From: Eubacteriales bacterium
GTDB taxonomy: Bacteria > Bacillota > Clostridia > Oscillospirales > CAG-272
Assembly (NCBI GenBank): GCA_045539995.1
Contig: JAZQGJ010000070.1
Span: forward strand, 293-64,292
Direction: 5' to 3'
Length of the DNA stretch: 64,000 nucleotides
Under the pieces are notes generated by a model, which saw only the letters and a program-made list of their open reading frames with translations, did no database searches and was not told the DNA's origin. Below are positions 45,325 to 54,947 of the stretch, piece by piece. The first letter of the stretch is position 1. Every line of letters begins with the position of its first letter. Position numbers and translations under genes: made by a program.

Positions 45325-47220
45325 TTATTCAACTATCAGATCGCATACGAGAGAGGCAAGCTCTGATGGATCTTCTAAAGACAGACCGCTTACAAGTCGC
45401 GCGTTATAATATACGATTTTGCTGTATTTTGCCAGCTTTTCCTTGTCAGAGGCATAAAGTGACTTGAATTTTTCGGAAACGGGATGATTGAGGTTTATCT
45501 CAAGAACAAGCTCTGCCTTTATCATATTTTCGTTTGCGCCGGGCATTTTGTTTAGCGCCTTTTCCATAGTTACCGAAATCTCCCCTTCGCTTGAAAGGGT
45601 AGCAGGATGGTTTCCGAGAGTAGAGGAGAATCTTACGCTGTGAATATTTTCGCCTATGCTTTCCTTTATGAAGTCAAGCATTTCCTTCGAGGATTCGTTT
45701 TCTTTTTTCAGGGCTTCCTTTTCTTCGTCCGTTGAAATATCGAGACCTTCTTTACATACGTTTAAGAATTCCTTGTCCTCGTAGGTGTGAAGAATCTGCA
45801 ACGCGAATTCGTCCACGTCCTCTGTAAGATATAGAACCTCGTACCCACGTGAAATTACAGACTCTACCTGAGGCAACAGAGAAATTTTCTCTATGCTATC
45901 CCCCGTCGCGAAGTATATCTTCTTCTGATCCTCGCTCATACGGGATACATATTCATGCAAGGTAACCAGCTTTTTCTCATTTGAGGACTTAAACATGATA
46001 AGGTCCTGCAAGAGAGTCTTATGCATACCGTAATCGCTGTAAACGCCCCAAGTTAACTGCGCGCCGAAGGCAGTATAAAACTTTTCATATCCCTCGCGGT
46101 CAGAGTCAAGCATACGCTTAAGCTCTGATGCAATTTTCTTTTCTACCGATTTTGCGATAGCCTTAAGCTGCCTGTCCTGCTGAAGCATTTCACGGGAAAT
46201 ATTCAAGGAGAGGTCCGAAGAGTCAACGAGCCCCTGAACAAAGGCGAAATAATCAGGAAGCAGGTCCTTGCATTTTTCCATAATCATAACGCCGCTTGAA
46301 TATAACTGCAAGCCCTTTTCGTAATTTTTGCTGTAATAGTCAAATGGAGCGTGAGAGGGAATAAACATTAGGGCTTCAAAGCTTACGCCGCCCTCTGCTT
46401 TTTGACGGATAGTTTTTAACGGCGCTTCAAAGTCATAATACTTTTCCTTGTAGAATTCAGCGTATTCTTCGGCAGAAACTTCGGATTCCTGCTTCTTCCA
46501 GAGAGGAATCATACTGTTGAGAGTTTCGTCCTCCGTTACTTTTTCATATTCGTCAGAAGAGCCTTCCTTCAGCCTTTCGCTTTCGGTGAGCATACGGATA
46601 GGATATCTTATATAGTCGCTGTATTTCTTTATGAGCATACGGAGCTTATAGTCCTCAAGAAAATCACTGTACTTTTCGTCGTCGGTGTCTGCCTTGATAT
46701 AAAGGGTTATAACAGTGCCTTCCTCTGCCTTTTCGCAAGGGGAGATCGTGTAGCCGTCAGCGCCCTCGGACTGCCAGATATACGCCTCGTCTGCGCCGTG
46801 CGCGCGGCTTTCAACGGTAATTTTATTAGCAACCATAAAAGCAGAGTAGAAGCCGACGCCAAACTGTCCTATTATATCAATTTCTTCCTTTCCCTTGTTT
46901 TCAGGCGTGTTTTTGAAGTCAAAGGAGCCACTTTTTGCAATAACTCCGAGATTATTGTCAAGCTCGTCCTTTGTCATTCCGCAGCCGTTATCGCTTATTT
47001 TCAGTGTCCTTTTTTCCTTGTCGGGAGTAATGCGTATCTCGTAATCACTCCTCGACCTTTTAGAGGAAGCGTCGGTGAGAGACGCAAAATAGCTCTTGTC
47101 TATCGCGTCACTTGCGTTGGAGATAAGCTCGCGCAGAAAAATCTCTTTGTTCGTGTAGATGGAGTTGACCATCATATCGAGAAGCTTCTTTGATTCGGTT
47201 TTAAACTGTTTCTTTGCCAT
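45325..47220 (-). CDS. htpG: molecular chaperone HtpG (Hsp90)
   Basis: 631 aa. LRELISNASDAIDK and GQFGVGFYS are GHKL/Hsp90 motifs. Confidence 0.96.
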   Translation of the reverse strand: MAKKQFKTESKKLLDMMVNSIYTNKEIFLRELISNASDAIDKSYFASLTDASSKRSRSDYEIRITPDKEKRTLKISDNGCGMTKDELDNNLGVIAKSGSFDFKNTPENKGKEEIDIIGQFGVGFYSAFMVANKITVESRAHGADEAYIWQSEGADGYTISPCEKAEEGTVITLYIKADTDDEKYSDFLEDYKLRMLIKKYSDYIRYPIRMLTESERLKEGSSDEYEKVTEDETLNSMIPLWKKQESEVSAEEYAEFYKEKYYDFEAPLKTIRQKAEGGVSFEALMFIPSHAPFDYYSKNYEKGLQLYSSGVMIMEKCKDLLPDYFAFVQGLVDSSDLSLNISREMLQQDRQLKAIAKSVEKKIASELKRMLDSDREGYEKFYTAFGAQLTWGVYSDYGMHKTLLQDLIMFKSSNEKKLVTLHEYVSRMSEDQKKIYFATGDSIEKISLLPQVESVISRGYEVLYLTEDVDEFALQILHTYEDKEFLNVCKEGLDISTDEEKEALKKENESSKEMLDFIKESIGENIHSVRFSSTLGNHPATLSSEGEISVTMEKALNKMPGANENMIKAELVLEINLNHPVSEKFKSLYASDKEKLAKYSKIVYYNARLVSGLSLEDPSELASLVCDLIVE

Positions 47221-47262
47221 TTTTCATACCTCATAAAATGCTGTCATTGAATTTATATGTAT

Positions 47263-47291
47263 ATTATAGCACCGATGATTAGCACTGTCAA
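47263..47291 (-). promoter_or_regulatory. sigma-A promoter of htpG (TTGACA-17-TATAAT)
   Basis: Minus strand: acTTGACAgtgctaatcatcggtgcTATAATat. Confidence 0.65.
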
Positions 47292-47305
47292 GTACAGAGT
47301 GCTAA
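47279..47305. promoter_or_regulatory. CIRCE operator (HrcA binding site)
   Basis: TTAGCACTG-tcaagtaca-GAGTGCTAA compared with the consensus TTAGCACTC-N9-GAGTGCTAA. It overlaps the -35 of the htpG promoter. Confidence 0.85.
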
Positions 47306-47401
47306 TTTTTTGTGTATATTGTATTAAAGCTTTTGGCTGTGCAAAGCTTGATACCGAAATAAAAAAAGAGAACTTTTGATAAACAAAAATCCTCTTTTGG
47401 T

Positions 47402-47489
47402 TGGTGCCGGTGATCGGGGTCGAACCGATACGGTATCGCTACCACTGGATTTTGAGTCCAGCACGTCTGCCAATTCCATCACACCGGCA
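47402..47489 (-). tRNA. tRNA-Leu (anticodon CAA)
   Basis: The reverse complement reads GCCGGUG..GCUGGA-CUCAAAA-UCCAG-(long variable arm)-AUCGG-UUCGACC-CCGAU-CACCGGC-A-CCA. Preceded by the minus-strand promoter TTGATT-17-TATAAT (47508-47536). Confidence 0.9.
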
Positions 47490-47729
47490 TATATTTTTTA
47501 ACGTTGAGATTATATCACATTAAAAAACAAAAATCAAGCCCTTTTTCAAAAAAAGATTGGAAATCATAAAAAAATTTTTAAGACAGATTGCTTTTTGCCC
47601 TTATTTCAGAAAAGAACGTAAAAAAATAAAACATTTAATAAAATTAAGGAAAAAATATTGATATGGTCAAAAAAATATTGTATAATATATTATTATAATT
47701 ATAATATTGTGATATTCGGAGTTTTTATT

Positions 47730-48704
47730 GTGAAAGAGAGAGCTGATAAGGGCTATAAAACAGATAGCGAAAATATACCGAAGCAAAAAGCTGAAAAAAC
47801 AGCCGATATTCTTTCTTCGCAGGCTTTTATTTTGTCTTCGGAGTTTGAAAAGAGACTGACTCACTTGTCCGAGCTTTCGAGTTATATTTCCAACACAGTA
47901 AATATTACTTGCGAGACAGATGATCCGAATAAATATCTTGATACGCTTTTTCTCGAGCTGAATTCCTATGCGAGCACCTTTAATTTTCATTCAGAGCTAT
48001 TGCCTGAAAACAAAAAGACGGTATTGAGCGCATTAAATTCGCTTTATGATTTTGATCGCGCCGTTTTGGCTAAAAGCATTGCGAGAAGATGGGAAGAAAA
48101 GCACGGCGAGAGTATGAATATTTTACAGCTCTTAAACGGCTCGGAATTTTTGTCGGGGCGTATATCCTATGTGAAAAGCCGTTATTCCGATAAGGCGTTT
48201 GATGTTTTTGAGTCTTTAGTTGACGAGAGCAAGGTTTTATATGCTAAAAACTTCCAATCGGTCTGCGAGGATATAATACATGGCTTTGCGCAGTACGGAA
48301 TACTGCCTCTTTCGGATATGCAGGGAGCAATAGAAACGGTAAACAGACTCCTTTCCGCTTATGAGCTTAAGATTTGCGCCGTATGCGATATTACTACACA
48401 GGAGGACAGCGCAGCTCGCTTTGCTCTTGTTTCGGATAAGATCTGCGTAAATTTAGAAGAGGAAAATCGCTATTTTTCCTTTTCCTTCAATTCCTCGGAG
48501 CCGTATAAAATGCAGTCAGCGCTTTACACGTCAGAGCTTTACGGACTCTCACTTTACGATATGAAGGTGACGCCCTCTTATTCGGGCAGCGCAAATTACA
48601 GATTGACGTTTCGGGAAAACAGTGGTGATTTGATAGCGCTTTTAGTGTATTTAAAGCTCTTTTTGCCACAGTTTGTAATTAACGGGATTTATTTTGAAAT
48701 TTAA
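47730..48704 (+). CDS. hypothetical protein; C-terminal two thirds weakly resemble a truncated prephenate dehydratase (PDT) + ACT-like module
   Basis: The start is moved to GTG 47730 (GGAG 8 nt upstream) because the track start at 47658 lies inside the promoter TTGATA-17-TATAAT. Strings GRISYVKSRYSDKAF, YGILPLSD..G and ARFALVS recall PDT motifs, but about 90 aa of the PDT domain and the catalytic signatures are missing. Confidence 0.5.
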   Translation: MKERADKGYKTDSENIPKQKAEKTADILSSQAFILSSEFEKRLTHLSELSSYISNTVNITCETDDPNKYLDTLFLELNSYASTFNFHSELLPENKKTVLSALNSLYDFDRAVLAKSIARRWEEKHGESMNILQLLNGSEFLSGRISYVKSRYSDKAFDVFESLVDESKVLYAKNFQSVCEDIIHGFAQYGILPLSDMQGAIETVNRLLSAYELKICAVCDITTQEDSAARFALVSDKICVNLEEENRYFSFSFNSSEPYKMQSALYTSELYGLSLYDMKVTPSYSGSANYRLTFRENSGDLIALLVYLKLFLPQFVINGIYFEI

Positions 48705-48720
48705 GAAAGGTAATATTTGT

Positions 48721-48981
48721 ATGCTAAAGGAATTAAAATATAAAACAAGGGGCACCTGCTCGCGCGAAATAGATATAACTCTTGACGGAGACGTAATAGT
48801 GGACGTCAAGTTCATTTCAGGATGCTCGGGGAATACCTCAGGGCTTTCGGCGCTCGTTAAGGGGATGAAGGTCGAGGACGTTATAAGCAGACTTAAAGGA
48901 ATTAAATGCGGATTTAAAAGCACCTCTTGCCCCGACCAGCTCGCTATTGCGTTACAAGAGTGCCTTGACTCAAATTCTTGA
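48721..48981 (+). CDS. TSCPD-domain mini-protein (TIGR03905-like, 4-Cys)
   Basis: 86 aa. TRGTCSREIDI.., GCSGNTSGLS, KSTSCPDQLA is the pattern of the small TSCPD family. ATG 48721 is preferred over the TTG at 48694. Confidence 0.75.
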   Translation: MLKELKYKTRGTCSREIDITLDGDVIVDVKFISGCSGNTSGLSALVKGMKVEDVISRLKGIKCGFKSTSCPDQLAIALQECLDSNS

Positions 48982-48993
48982 CAGGAGATTTAT

Positions 48994-50715
48994 ATGAATT
49001 ACACAAGAGAATATGAAAGATGGTTGAGCTCCCCCGTTTTATCGGAATCTGAAAAAGAGGAGCTCTTAAGCATTAAAGACGAGGAAAAGAAGGAGCTTTG
49101 CTTCGGATCTGTTATGAAATTCGGAACGGCAGGGCTTCGTTCCACTATGAATTTAGGCCCTGCGTGTATGAATATTTATACCGTTGCCCAGACGACACAG
49201 GGAATAGCCGAGCTTATAAAAGGGGAAAACGGAGCCGAGCGAGGAGTCGCCATAGCGTATGACAGCCGTAACAACTCCGAGCTTTTCGCGCGTACCTGCG
49301 CTCAGGTGCTTGCTGCAAACGGAATTAAGGTATATATTTTCGACGGTATCCGTCCGACCCCCGAGCTTTCATTTGCCGTTCGTGAGCTTTCTTGTATTGC
49401 GGGAATAAATATTACAGCCTCTCATAATCCGAAGGAATATAACGGATATAAGGCGTATTGGGAGGACGGAGCGCAGATTTCGCCCGAGCAGGCGAGCATT
49501 GTCAGCTCGTCGTCGGAGAAAATAGACGTCTTAGACGGCGCCTTGAAGATTGATTTTGACGCAGGCATAAAAAGCGGAAAAATTCAGATTCTGGGAAAAG
49601 AATTTGACGAAAAATATATTTCTGCCGTTATGGCTACCTCGATAAATAAAGAGCTTTTTTGCGAGGTAAGCGAAAGCCTTAAAATAGTTTATACCCCTCT
49701 TCACGGCGCAGGTCGCGAGCTTGTGCCTGAGGTTTTACGTCGCGCAGGGCTGAAATGCGTCTATACGGTAGACGCGCAGATGAACGCGGACGGCAATTTC
49801 CCGACGGTAAAAAAGCCGAATCCCGAATATGCCGACGTCTTTGCGCTCGGAATTGAAATAGCTGAAAAAGAGGGAAGCGACCTCGTTATAGCGACAGACC
49901 CCGACGCTGACAGAGTGGGCGTTATGAGCAGAACGAAGCGCGGAGACTTCGAGACAATCAGCGGAAATCAGATGGGCGCGCTTTTGCTTGATTACGTAAT
50001 AGAAGCAAGACGGGCAAAGGGCACACTAAAAAAAGGAGCCTACGCTGTAAAGTCTATAGTTTCTACCGATATGGCTTCAAAAATAGCCGAAGAAAACGGG
50101 ATAAAGCTTCACGACGTGCTTACTGGCTTTAAGTATATAGGCGAGGTTATAAAGAATTATGAAGCCGATAAAAAAGAGGGAGAATTTATTTTCGGCTTTG
50201 AGGAAAGCTACGGCTACCTGTTCGGAAGCTACGCGAGAGATAAGGACGCTGTCGGAGCGACAATGATGATCTGCGAAATGACTGCGTATTATAAAACTAA
50301 AAACATGACGCTCTCGGACGCGCTTGAAGCGCTCTACTTAAAATACGGCTTGTATCGGGAAGCGATGACCGACATTTATATGGAGGGACTCGACGGAATA
50401 GAACGCAGGAAGAAAACTATGCAGGCGTTAAGAAAAGAACCGCCTGTGTCTATAGGCAGCGTAAAGGTCGCCTCTGTCGGAGATTACGACGAGGGATACG
50501 TTCATTTTCTCGCCGATGGAAGAAAAGAGCCGACAGGCTTGATAAAAAGCGACGTTTTGTATTACACTCTTGAAAACGGAGATAAGGTGATTATCCGTCC
50601 GTCAGGCACAGAGCCCAAGATTAAAATATACTTCCTCGCTCACGGAGATGACAAGAAATCCCTTGAAGAAAAGATCGAAGCGTATAAGCGGGACGCAGAG
50701 GACTTTGCAAAATAA
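48994..50715 (+). CDS. phospho-sugar mutase (phosphoglucomutase/phosphomannomutase family)
   Basis: 573 aa. Active-site TASHNPKEYNGYK and Mg site ATDPDADR. Confidence 0.92.
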   Translation: MNYTREYERWLSSPVLSESEKEELLSIKDEEKKELCFGSVMKFGTAGLRSTMNLGPACMNIYTVAQTTQGIAELIKGENGAERGVAIAYDSRNNSELFARTCAQVLAANGIKVYIFDGIRPTPELSFAVRELSCIAGINITASHNPKEYNGYKAYWEDGAQISPEQASIVSSSSEKIDVLDGALKIDFDAGIKSGKIQILGKEFDEKYISAVMATSINKELFCEVSESLKIVYTPLHGAGRELVPEVLRRAGLKCVYTVDAQMNADGNFPTVKKPNPEYADVFALGIEIAEKEGSDLVIATDPDADRVGVMSRTKRGDFETISGNQMGALLLDYVIEARRAKGTLKKGAYAVKSIVSTDMASKIAEENGIKLHDVLTGFKYIGEVIKNYEADKKEGEFIFGFEESYGYLFGSYARDKDAVGATMMICEMTAYYKTKNMTLSDALEALYLKYGLYREAMTDIYMEGLDGIERRKKTMQALRKEPPVSIGSVKVASVGDYDEGYVHFLADGRKEPTGLIKSDVLYYTLENGDKVIIRPSGTEPKIKIYFLAHGDDKKSLEEKIEAYKRDAEDFAK

Positions 50716-50755
50716 TAAGTCCATATGAAAAGAAAGGATATTAAAGGATAAGAAC

Positions 50756-52570
50756 GTGACCGAAAGACAGAAGCATACCAGAAATTTCTGCATCATTGCG
50801 CATATAGACCACGGAAAATCCACCCTCGCGGACAGAATTCTGGAAAAGACGAGCGCAGTGGAAAAAAGAGATATGGAGGACCAGCTTTTAGACGATATGG
50901 ACCTCGAGCGTGAAAGAGGAATCACCATAAAAGCAAGGGCGGTAACACTTTCATACGTGGACGAAAACGGGGAAAAGTATTATTTCAATTTAATTGATAC
51001 CCCCGGACACGTGGATTTCGGGTACGAGGTTTCGAGATCGCTCAAGGCTTGTGAGGGGGCTATTCTCGTGGTAGACGCGACACAGGGCGTAGAGGCGCAG
51101 ACTCTTGCTAACGCATATCTCGCGATAGAAAACGACCTGGAGATTTTGCCCGTAATAAATAAAATAGATCTGCCGTCTGCCGACCCCGACAGAGTGACAT
51201 CTGAAATCGAGGACATTATAGGAATACCCGCTGAGGGCTGTCCGAGAATTTCCGCGAAGGTAGGACTCAATATCGAAGACGTGTTAAAGAAAATAGTTAC
51301 CGACATTCCCGAGCCTAAGGGAGACGAAAACGCGCCACTCAAGTGTCTTATTTTTGATTCGCGCTATGACAGCTACCTCGGCGTAGTTGTGTACGTGCGC
51401 GTTTTTGACGGCGAGCTTAAGACGGGAGACCGCATTAAGCTTATGAGCACGGGCGCTTGCTTTGACGTTGTCGAGGTAGGCACTATGGGCGCTTTTGGAA
51501 TGAAAAAGACCGACAAGCTTTCTGCGGGCGACGTAGGATATATTACCGCGAGCATTAAGACTGTCGGAGACACACGGGTAGGCGACACGATAACCTCGGC
51601 AGAGAACGGGGCAGAAGAAGCCCTGTCGGGATACCGAGAGGTACGTCCTATGGTTTATGCGGGAATATATCCCGCCGATGGCGCAAGATACGGAGATTTG
51701 CGCGAGGCTCTTGAAAAATTACAGTTAAACGACGCCTCTCTCGTATTTGAGCCCGAGACCTCTATTGCTCTCGGCTTTGGCTTCAGATGTGGCTTTTTGG
51801 GACTATTGCATATGGAGATTATCGAGGAACGCCTCGAAAGGGAATTTAACCTTGACTTGATAACTACCGCGCCGAGTGTTATTTACAAAATAGTAAAGCG
51901 TGGAGGCGTGGAGGAATATATCGACAACCCTTCTAATTATCCCTCGCCCGACGAAATAGATCGCTCGTATGAGCCTATAGTAAAAGCGAACATAATAACT
52001 CCTACCGAGTTTATAGGCGGACTTATGGATCTGTGTCAGGAGAGACGCGGAGATTTCATAGATATGAAATATATAGACACGGCGAGAGTTGAGCTTCATT
52101 ATTATCTTCCCTTAAACGAGATAATATATGATTTCTTCGACGCGCTTAAGAGTCGCAGCAGAGGATATGCGTCGCTCGATTATGAGTTCCACGAATACAG
52201 AGAAAGTAAGCTTGTCAAGCTTGATTTCCTACTTAATGGAGAAATGGTGGACGCTCTTTCCTTTATTCTCCATGAGGAGAAGGCGTACGGCAGAGCGAGA
52301 AAAATAGCCGAGCGCCTTAAGGAAAATATACCGAGACAGCTCTTTGAAATACCGATACAGGCGGCAATCGGCTCGAAAATTATTGCGCGAGAGACCGTAA
52401 AAGCAATGCGCAAGGACGTGCTTGCGAAATGCTACGGCGGTGATATTACCCGAAAGAAAAAGCTTCTTGAAAAACAGAAGGAGGGTAAGAAAAAGATGCG
52501 CCGACTTGGCAGCGTTGAGGTTTCTCCCGAAGCATTTATGGCTGTACTTAAGCTCGACGATGATGAATAA
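50756..52570 (+). CDS. lepA: translation elongation factor 4
   Basis: 604 aa. [26 protein letters not shown] and a LepA C-terminal domain. GTG start. Confidence 0.96.
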   Translation: MTERQKHTRNFCIIAHIDHGKSTLADRILEKTSAVEKRDMEDQLLDDMDLERERGITIKARAVTLSYVDENGEKYYFNLIDTPGHVDFGYEVSRSLKACEGAILVVDATQGVEAQTLANAYLAIENDLEILPVINKIDLPSADPDRVTSEIEDIIGIPAEGCPRISAKVGLNIEDVLKKIVTDIPEPKGDENAPLKCLIFDSRYDSYLGVVVYVRVFDGELKTGDRIKLMSTGACFDVVEVGTMGAFGMKKTDKLSAGDVGYITASIKTVGDTRVGDTITSAENGAEEALSGYREVRPMVYAGIYPADGARYGDLREALEKLQLNDASLVFEPETSIALGFGFRCGFLGLLHMEIIEERLEREFNLDLITTAPSVIYKIVKRGGVEEYIDNPSNYPSPDEIDRSYEPIVKANIITPTEFIGGLMDLCQERRGDFIDMKYIDTARVELHYYLPLNEIIYDFFDALKSRSRGYASLDYEFHEYRESKLVKLDFLLNGEMVDALSFILHEEKAYGRARKIAERLKENIPRQLFEIPIQAAIGSKIIARETVKAMRKDVLAKCYGGDITRKKKLLEKQKEGKKKMRRLGSVEVSPEAFMAVLKLDDDE

Positions 52571-53699
52571 GGATAAAATAGGTCTTTATATACACGTTCC
52601 TTTTTGTGTAAAAAAGTGTAATTATTGCGACTTCTGCTCATTTGACACTTTAAAGTCAGACGAGAGGGATCTATACGTGTCCGCGCTCTGTCGGGAGCTT
52701 ATACACGAGTCGGAAAAATTAAACGGCAGAAAGGTCGATACCGTGTTTTTCGGAGGCGGAACTCCGTCGCTTTTGAATGAAAAGCAATTTGAGAATATTT
52801 TTTCTGTAATAGGGAAGTACTATACCCGTACGGACCAAGCGGAAATTTCCGCCGAAATCAATCCTGCCACGGCGTCTTACGATAAATTGCGCTTTATGCG
52901 AGGCTTGGGGATAAACCGATTGAGCATAGGCATGCAGTCTTTGATTGACGGCGAGCTTTCCTTACTTGGCAGAGCGCATACCGCGAGTGATTTTTACACT
53001 TGCTTTGAGAGCGCAAGGGCTGTCGGATTTGATAATATAAACGTTGATTTAATGTACGGAATTCCCGCGCAGACCTTGTCCACGTTTGAAAAAACGCTTG
53101 ACTCGACGCTTTCGCTCGGCTGTGAGCATATATCTGCTTATGCTCTGAAAATAGAAGAGGGGACTCCGTTTTTTAAAAACAAAGCGTCGCTCTTGCTTCC
53201 CGACGAGGAAAGCGAATACGGCATGTATATGCTCTGCGCGGAAAAAATGAGAGACGCGGGATATTTCCATTATGAAATATCAAATTATGCGAAGGCGAAT
53301 TTCGAATGCCGTCATAATCTTAAGTATTGGCGTTCTCTTGAATATATTGGCGTAGGCGTTTGTGCATACTCTTATTTTGAAAATGAGAGGTACGGAAACA
53401 TAAGCAGTATTGACGACTATATTTCAAATTCGGGCGTATGCCAGAAGACAGACGTCGAATATATAGGAGAGCGCGAGCGCGAGAATGAATATATTATGCT
53501 CGCGTTGAGACTCGGTGGGGGCATCGACGACGTTGAGTTTAAAAAGCTCTTCGGTGTTTCCTTCTTCGATAAATACAGTAGCGCGGTGAATTTATTCAAG
53601 GACAGCGAATATGCAGAAAAAAAGGGAACAAAATTTTCTCTTACAGATAAAGGAATGTACGTGAGCAATTCCATTATATGTGAATTTCTTGAAAATTAA
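52560..53699 (+). CDS. hemW: radical SAM heme chaperone HemW (HemN-like)
   Basis: [27 protein letters not shown]. The start is taken at 52560/52563, overlapping the lepA stop. The track extension back to 52422 runs inside lepA. Confidence 0.88.
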   Translation: MMNKDKIGLYIHVPFCVKKCNYCDFCSFDTLKSDERDLYVSALCRELIHESEKLNGRKVDTVFFGGGTPSLLNEKQFENIFSVIGKYYTRTDQAEISAEINPATASYDKLRFMRGLGINRLSIGMQSLIDGELSLLGRAHTASDFYTCFESARAVGFDNINVDLMYGIPAQTLSTFEKTLDSTLSLGCEHISAYALKIEEGTPFFKNKASLLLPDEESEYGMYMLCAEKMRDAGYFHYEISNYAKANFECRHNLKYWRSLEYIGVGVCAYSYFENERYGNISSIDDYISNSGVCQKTDVEYIGERERENEYIMLALRLGGGIDDVEFKKLFGVSFFDKYSSAVNLFKDSEYAEKKGTKFSLTDKGMYVSNSIICEFLEN

Positions 53700-53795
53700 T
53701 AAAAACCAAAAAATATGCTATTGACAATTCGGTTTATATTTGATACAATATTACCGTAATAATTAAAGGAAATGCTGTAAAGCAAAGGTGAAAAT

Positions 53796-54074
53796 ATGGA
53801 CGAAATTTTAGTTGGCGATATATATACTCTGACAGACGATGAGTCGGGAGAGGAACGAGACTACGAGGTAATAGGAGTTACCGAGCTTGATGGCAGCTCT
53901 TACGTAGCCTTGGTGTTGACCGACGAGGACTCTGAGGAATATATGATACTTAAAATCGAAATGGACGGCGATGAGCGCATTCTCGTTACGGTTGATGACG
54001 ATGATGAATGGGAAAAGGTCGCTGAATATTTCGATAACGAGCTCTTTTCCGACATCGACTACGATGAGGACTGA
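53796..54074 (+). CDS. DUF1292-family small acidic protein
   Basis: 92 aa. The pattern ..DDESGEERDYEVIGVTELDGSSYVAL.. and an acidic tail. Preceded by TTGACA-17-TACAAT. Confidence 0.75.
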   Translation: MDEILVGDIYTLTDDESGEERDYEVIGVTELDGSSYVALVLTDEDSEEYMILKIEMDGDERILVTVDDDDEWEKVAEYFDNELFSDIDYDED

Positions 54075-54099
54075 GAATAATTTTTGAATTTTTCCTGCT

Positions 54100-54290
54100 T
54101 AGTGCGTGATAGGGTGAGTTTTGGGCCTACAATTATGATAATGGAGCCCGAGCTTCCGTTGCGGGTATGCAGGCCTCCCGAATAGGTCCGACTGAGTCCG
54201 ACCTATATCGGACGTTGGAAGCACAAAACAATGGAGAGGGCACCACCCTGCAGTCGCAGGGCTAAAAGTCTTGCTCTACACGGCTCGGCG
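54100..54290 (+). ncRNA. candidate structured non-coding RNA, class unassigned (a rod-like fold is possible; 6S-like is only one hypothesis)
   Basis: The segment has no ORF in any frame and is clearly G+C-richer than the AT-rich flanks. Helices seen by eye: CCGAAUAGGUC/GACCUAU(A)UCGG (11 bp), CCCUGC/GCAGGG, GCCCG/CGGGU, and long-range GAGUUUUGGGCC/GGGCUAAAAGUC (10 of 12). It is followed by the terminator at 54323-54355. Confidence 0.4.
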
Positions 54291-54322
54291 GGTTTTACAT
54301 TTAAAATTGAATAACAATTTTG

Positions 54323-54355
54323 AAAAAGAGGTATATTATATCTCTTTTTTATTTT
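54323..54355. terminator. intrinsic terminator (bidirectional appearance)
   Basis: aaaaAGAGGTAT-att-ATATCTCTtttttatttt is an 8-bp stem with an A-run upstream and a T-run downstream. Confidence 0.7.
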
Positions 54356-54473
54356 ACAAGGGCTTCAAATAATATATATAAAAGCATTGTCAAATATAAA
54401 AAAATGTGGTAGAATATAAAAGGCGAATGTAAAAATTCTATCAGAATCAGCTATTTAAAAGCAGGAGAAATTT

Positions 54474-54773
54474 ATGACAATCTGGCAAGAGCTCGGTATA
54501 ATATATTTTTTGATTGTATCACTACTTTCAGTTATATTTACAATTTACGATAAAAGAGCAGCAGTAAAAAGACCTGACCGCAGAGTTCCTGAGGCTAAAC
54601 TCTTTTTGCTTTCGTTACTTGGAGGCTCTCTTTCTATGTATATAACAATGCAGAGCATAAGACATAAAACCAAACATAGGAAATTTATGATAGGGCTTCC
54701 CCTTATAATGATTTTTCAGATAGCGGCAGTTTACTTTATATTTTGTCTTGCAAATCAAATTACTTTTACATAA
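54474..54773 (+). CDS. DUF1294-family membrane protein
   Basis: 99 aa. YDKRAAVKRPDRRVPEAKL.. is the typical DUF1294 N-terminus, with 3 TM helices. Own promoter TTGTCA-17-TGgTAGAAT at about 54399-54427. Confidence 0.78.
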   Translation: MTIWQELGIIYFLIVSLLSVIFTIYDKRAAVKRPDRRVPEAKLFLLSLLGGSLSMYITMQSIRHKTKHRKFMIGLPLIMIFQIAAVYFIFCLANQITFT

Positions 54774-54804
54774 AGACGAAAAGCGCCGCTTTCATTTGAA
54801 AAAT

Positions 54805-54829
54805 AAAAAAACGCACAAAAGTGCGTTTC
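54805..54829 (-). terminator. intrinsic terminator after tRNA-Thr
   Basis: Minus strand: gAAACGCAC-uuuu-GUGCGUUUUUUU. Confidence 0.75.
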
Positions 54830-54905
54830 TGGAGCTGGTGATGTGACTTGAACACACGACCTGCTGATTACGAATCAGCTGCACTACCGACTGTGCTACA
54901 CCAGC
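54830..54905 (-). tRNA. tRNA-Thr (anticodon CGU)
   Basis: The reverse complement reads GCUGGUG-UA-GCAC..GUGC-A-GCUGA-UUCGUAA-UCAGC-AGGUC-GUGUG-UUCAAGU-CACAU-CACCAGC-U-CCA. Confidence 0.9.
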
Positions 54906-54947
54906 AATATTAAGGAACCTTTACTATTATACATTTAAAAAACGAAT

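Noticed and set aside
47658-47729. N-terminal extensions offered by the ORF track. These are 47658 for the PDT-like gene, 52422 for hemW, 44324 for pflB, 36890 for glgP, 30896 for yabP and 48694 for the TSCPD gene.
   Set aside because: Each extension either contains the gene's own promoter or RBS, or lies inside the upstream gene, or uses a non-ATG codon when a well-spaced RBS+ATG lies just downstream.
54100-54290. Matches to known RNA signatures. On plus: UAGGGU..GGUCCGA(CU)GAG..CUACACGGC..GGCGGG (ykkC/guanidine-I-like) and GGAAGCA (SRP-like). On minus: GGGUGGUGCC (T-box-like) and GGAAGCUCGGGCUCCAU (RNase P-like).
   Set aside because: Spacing and the required partner helices are wrong for ykkC: P3 is missing and the insertions are 50-60 nt too long. 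The SRP GGAA tetraloop and symmetric loop are absent. The RNase P-like string is in the wrong position and there is far too little RNA. No minus-strand gene or promoter exists for a T-box. The class is left unassigned.
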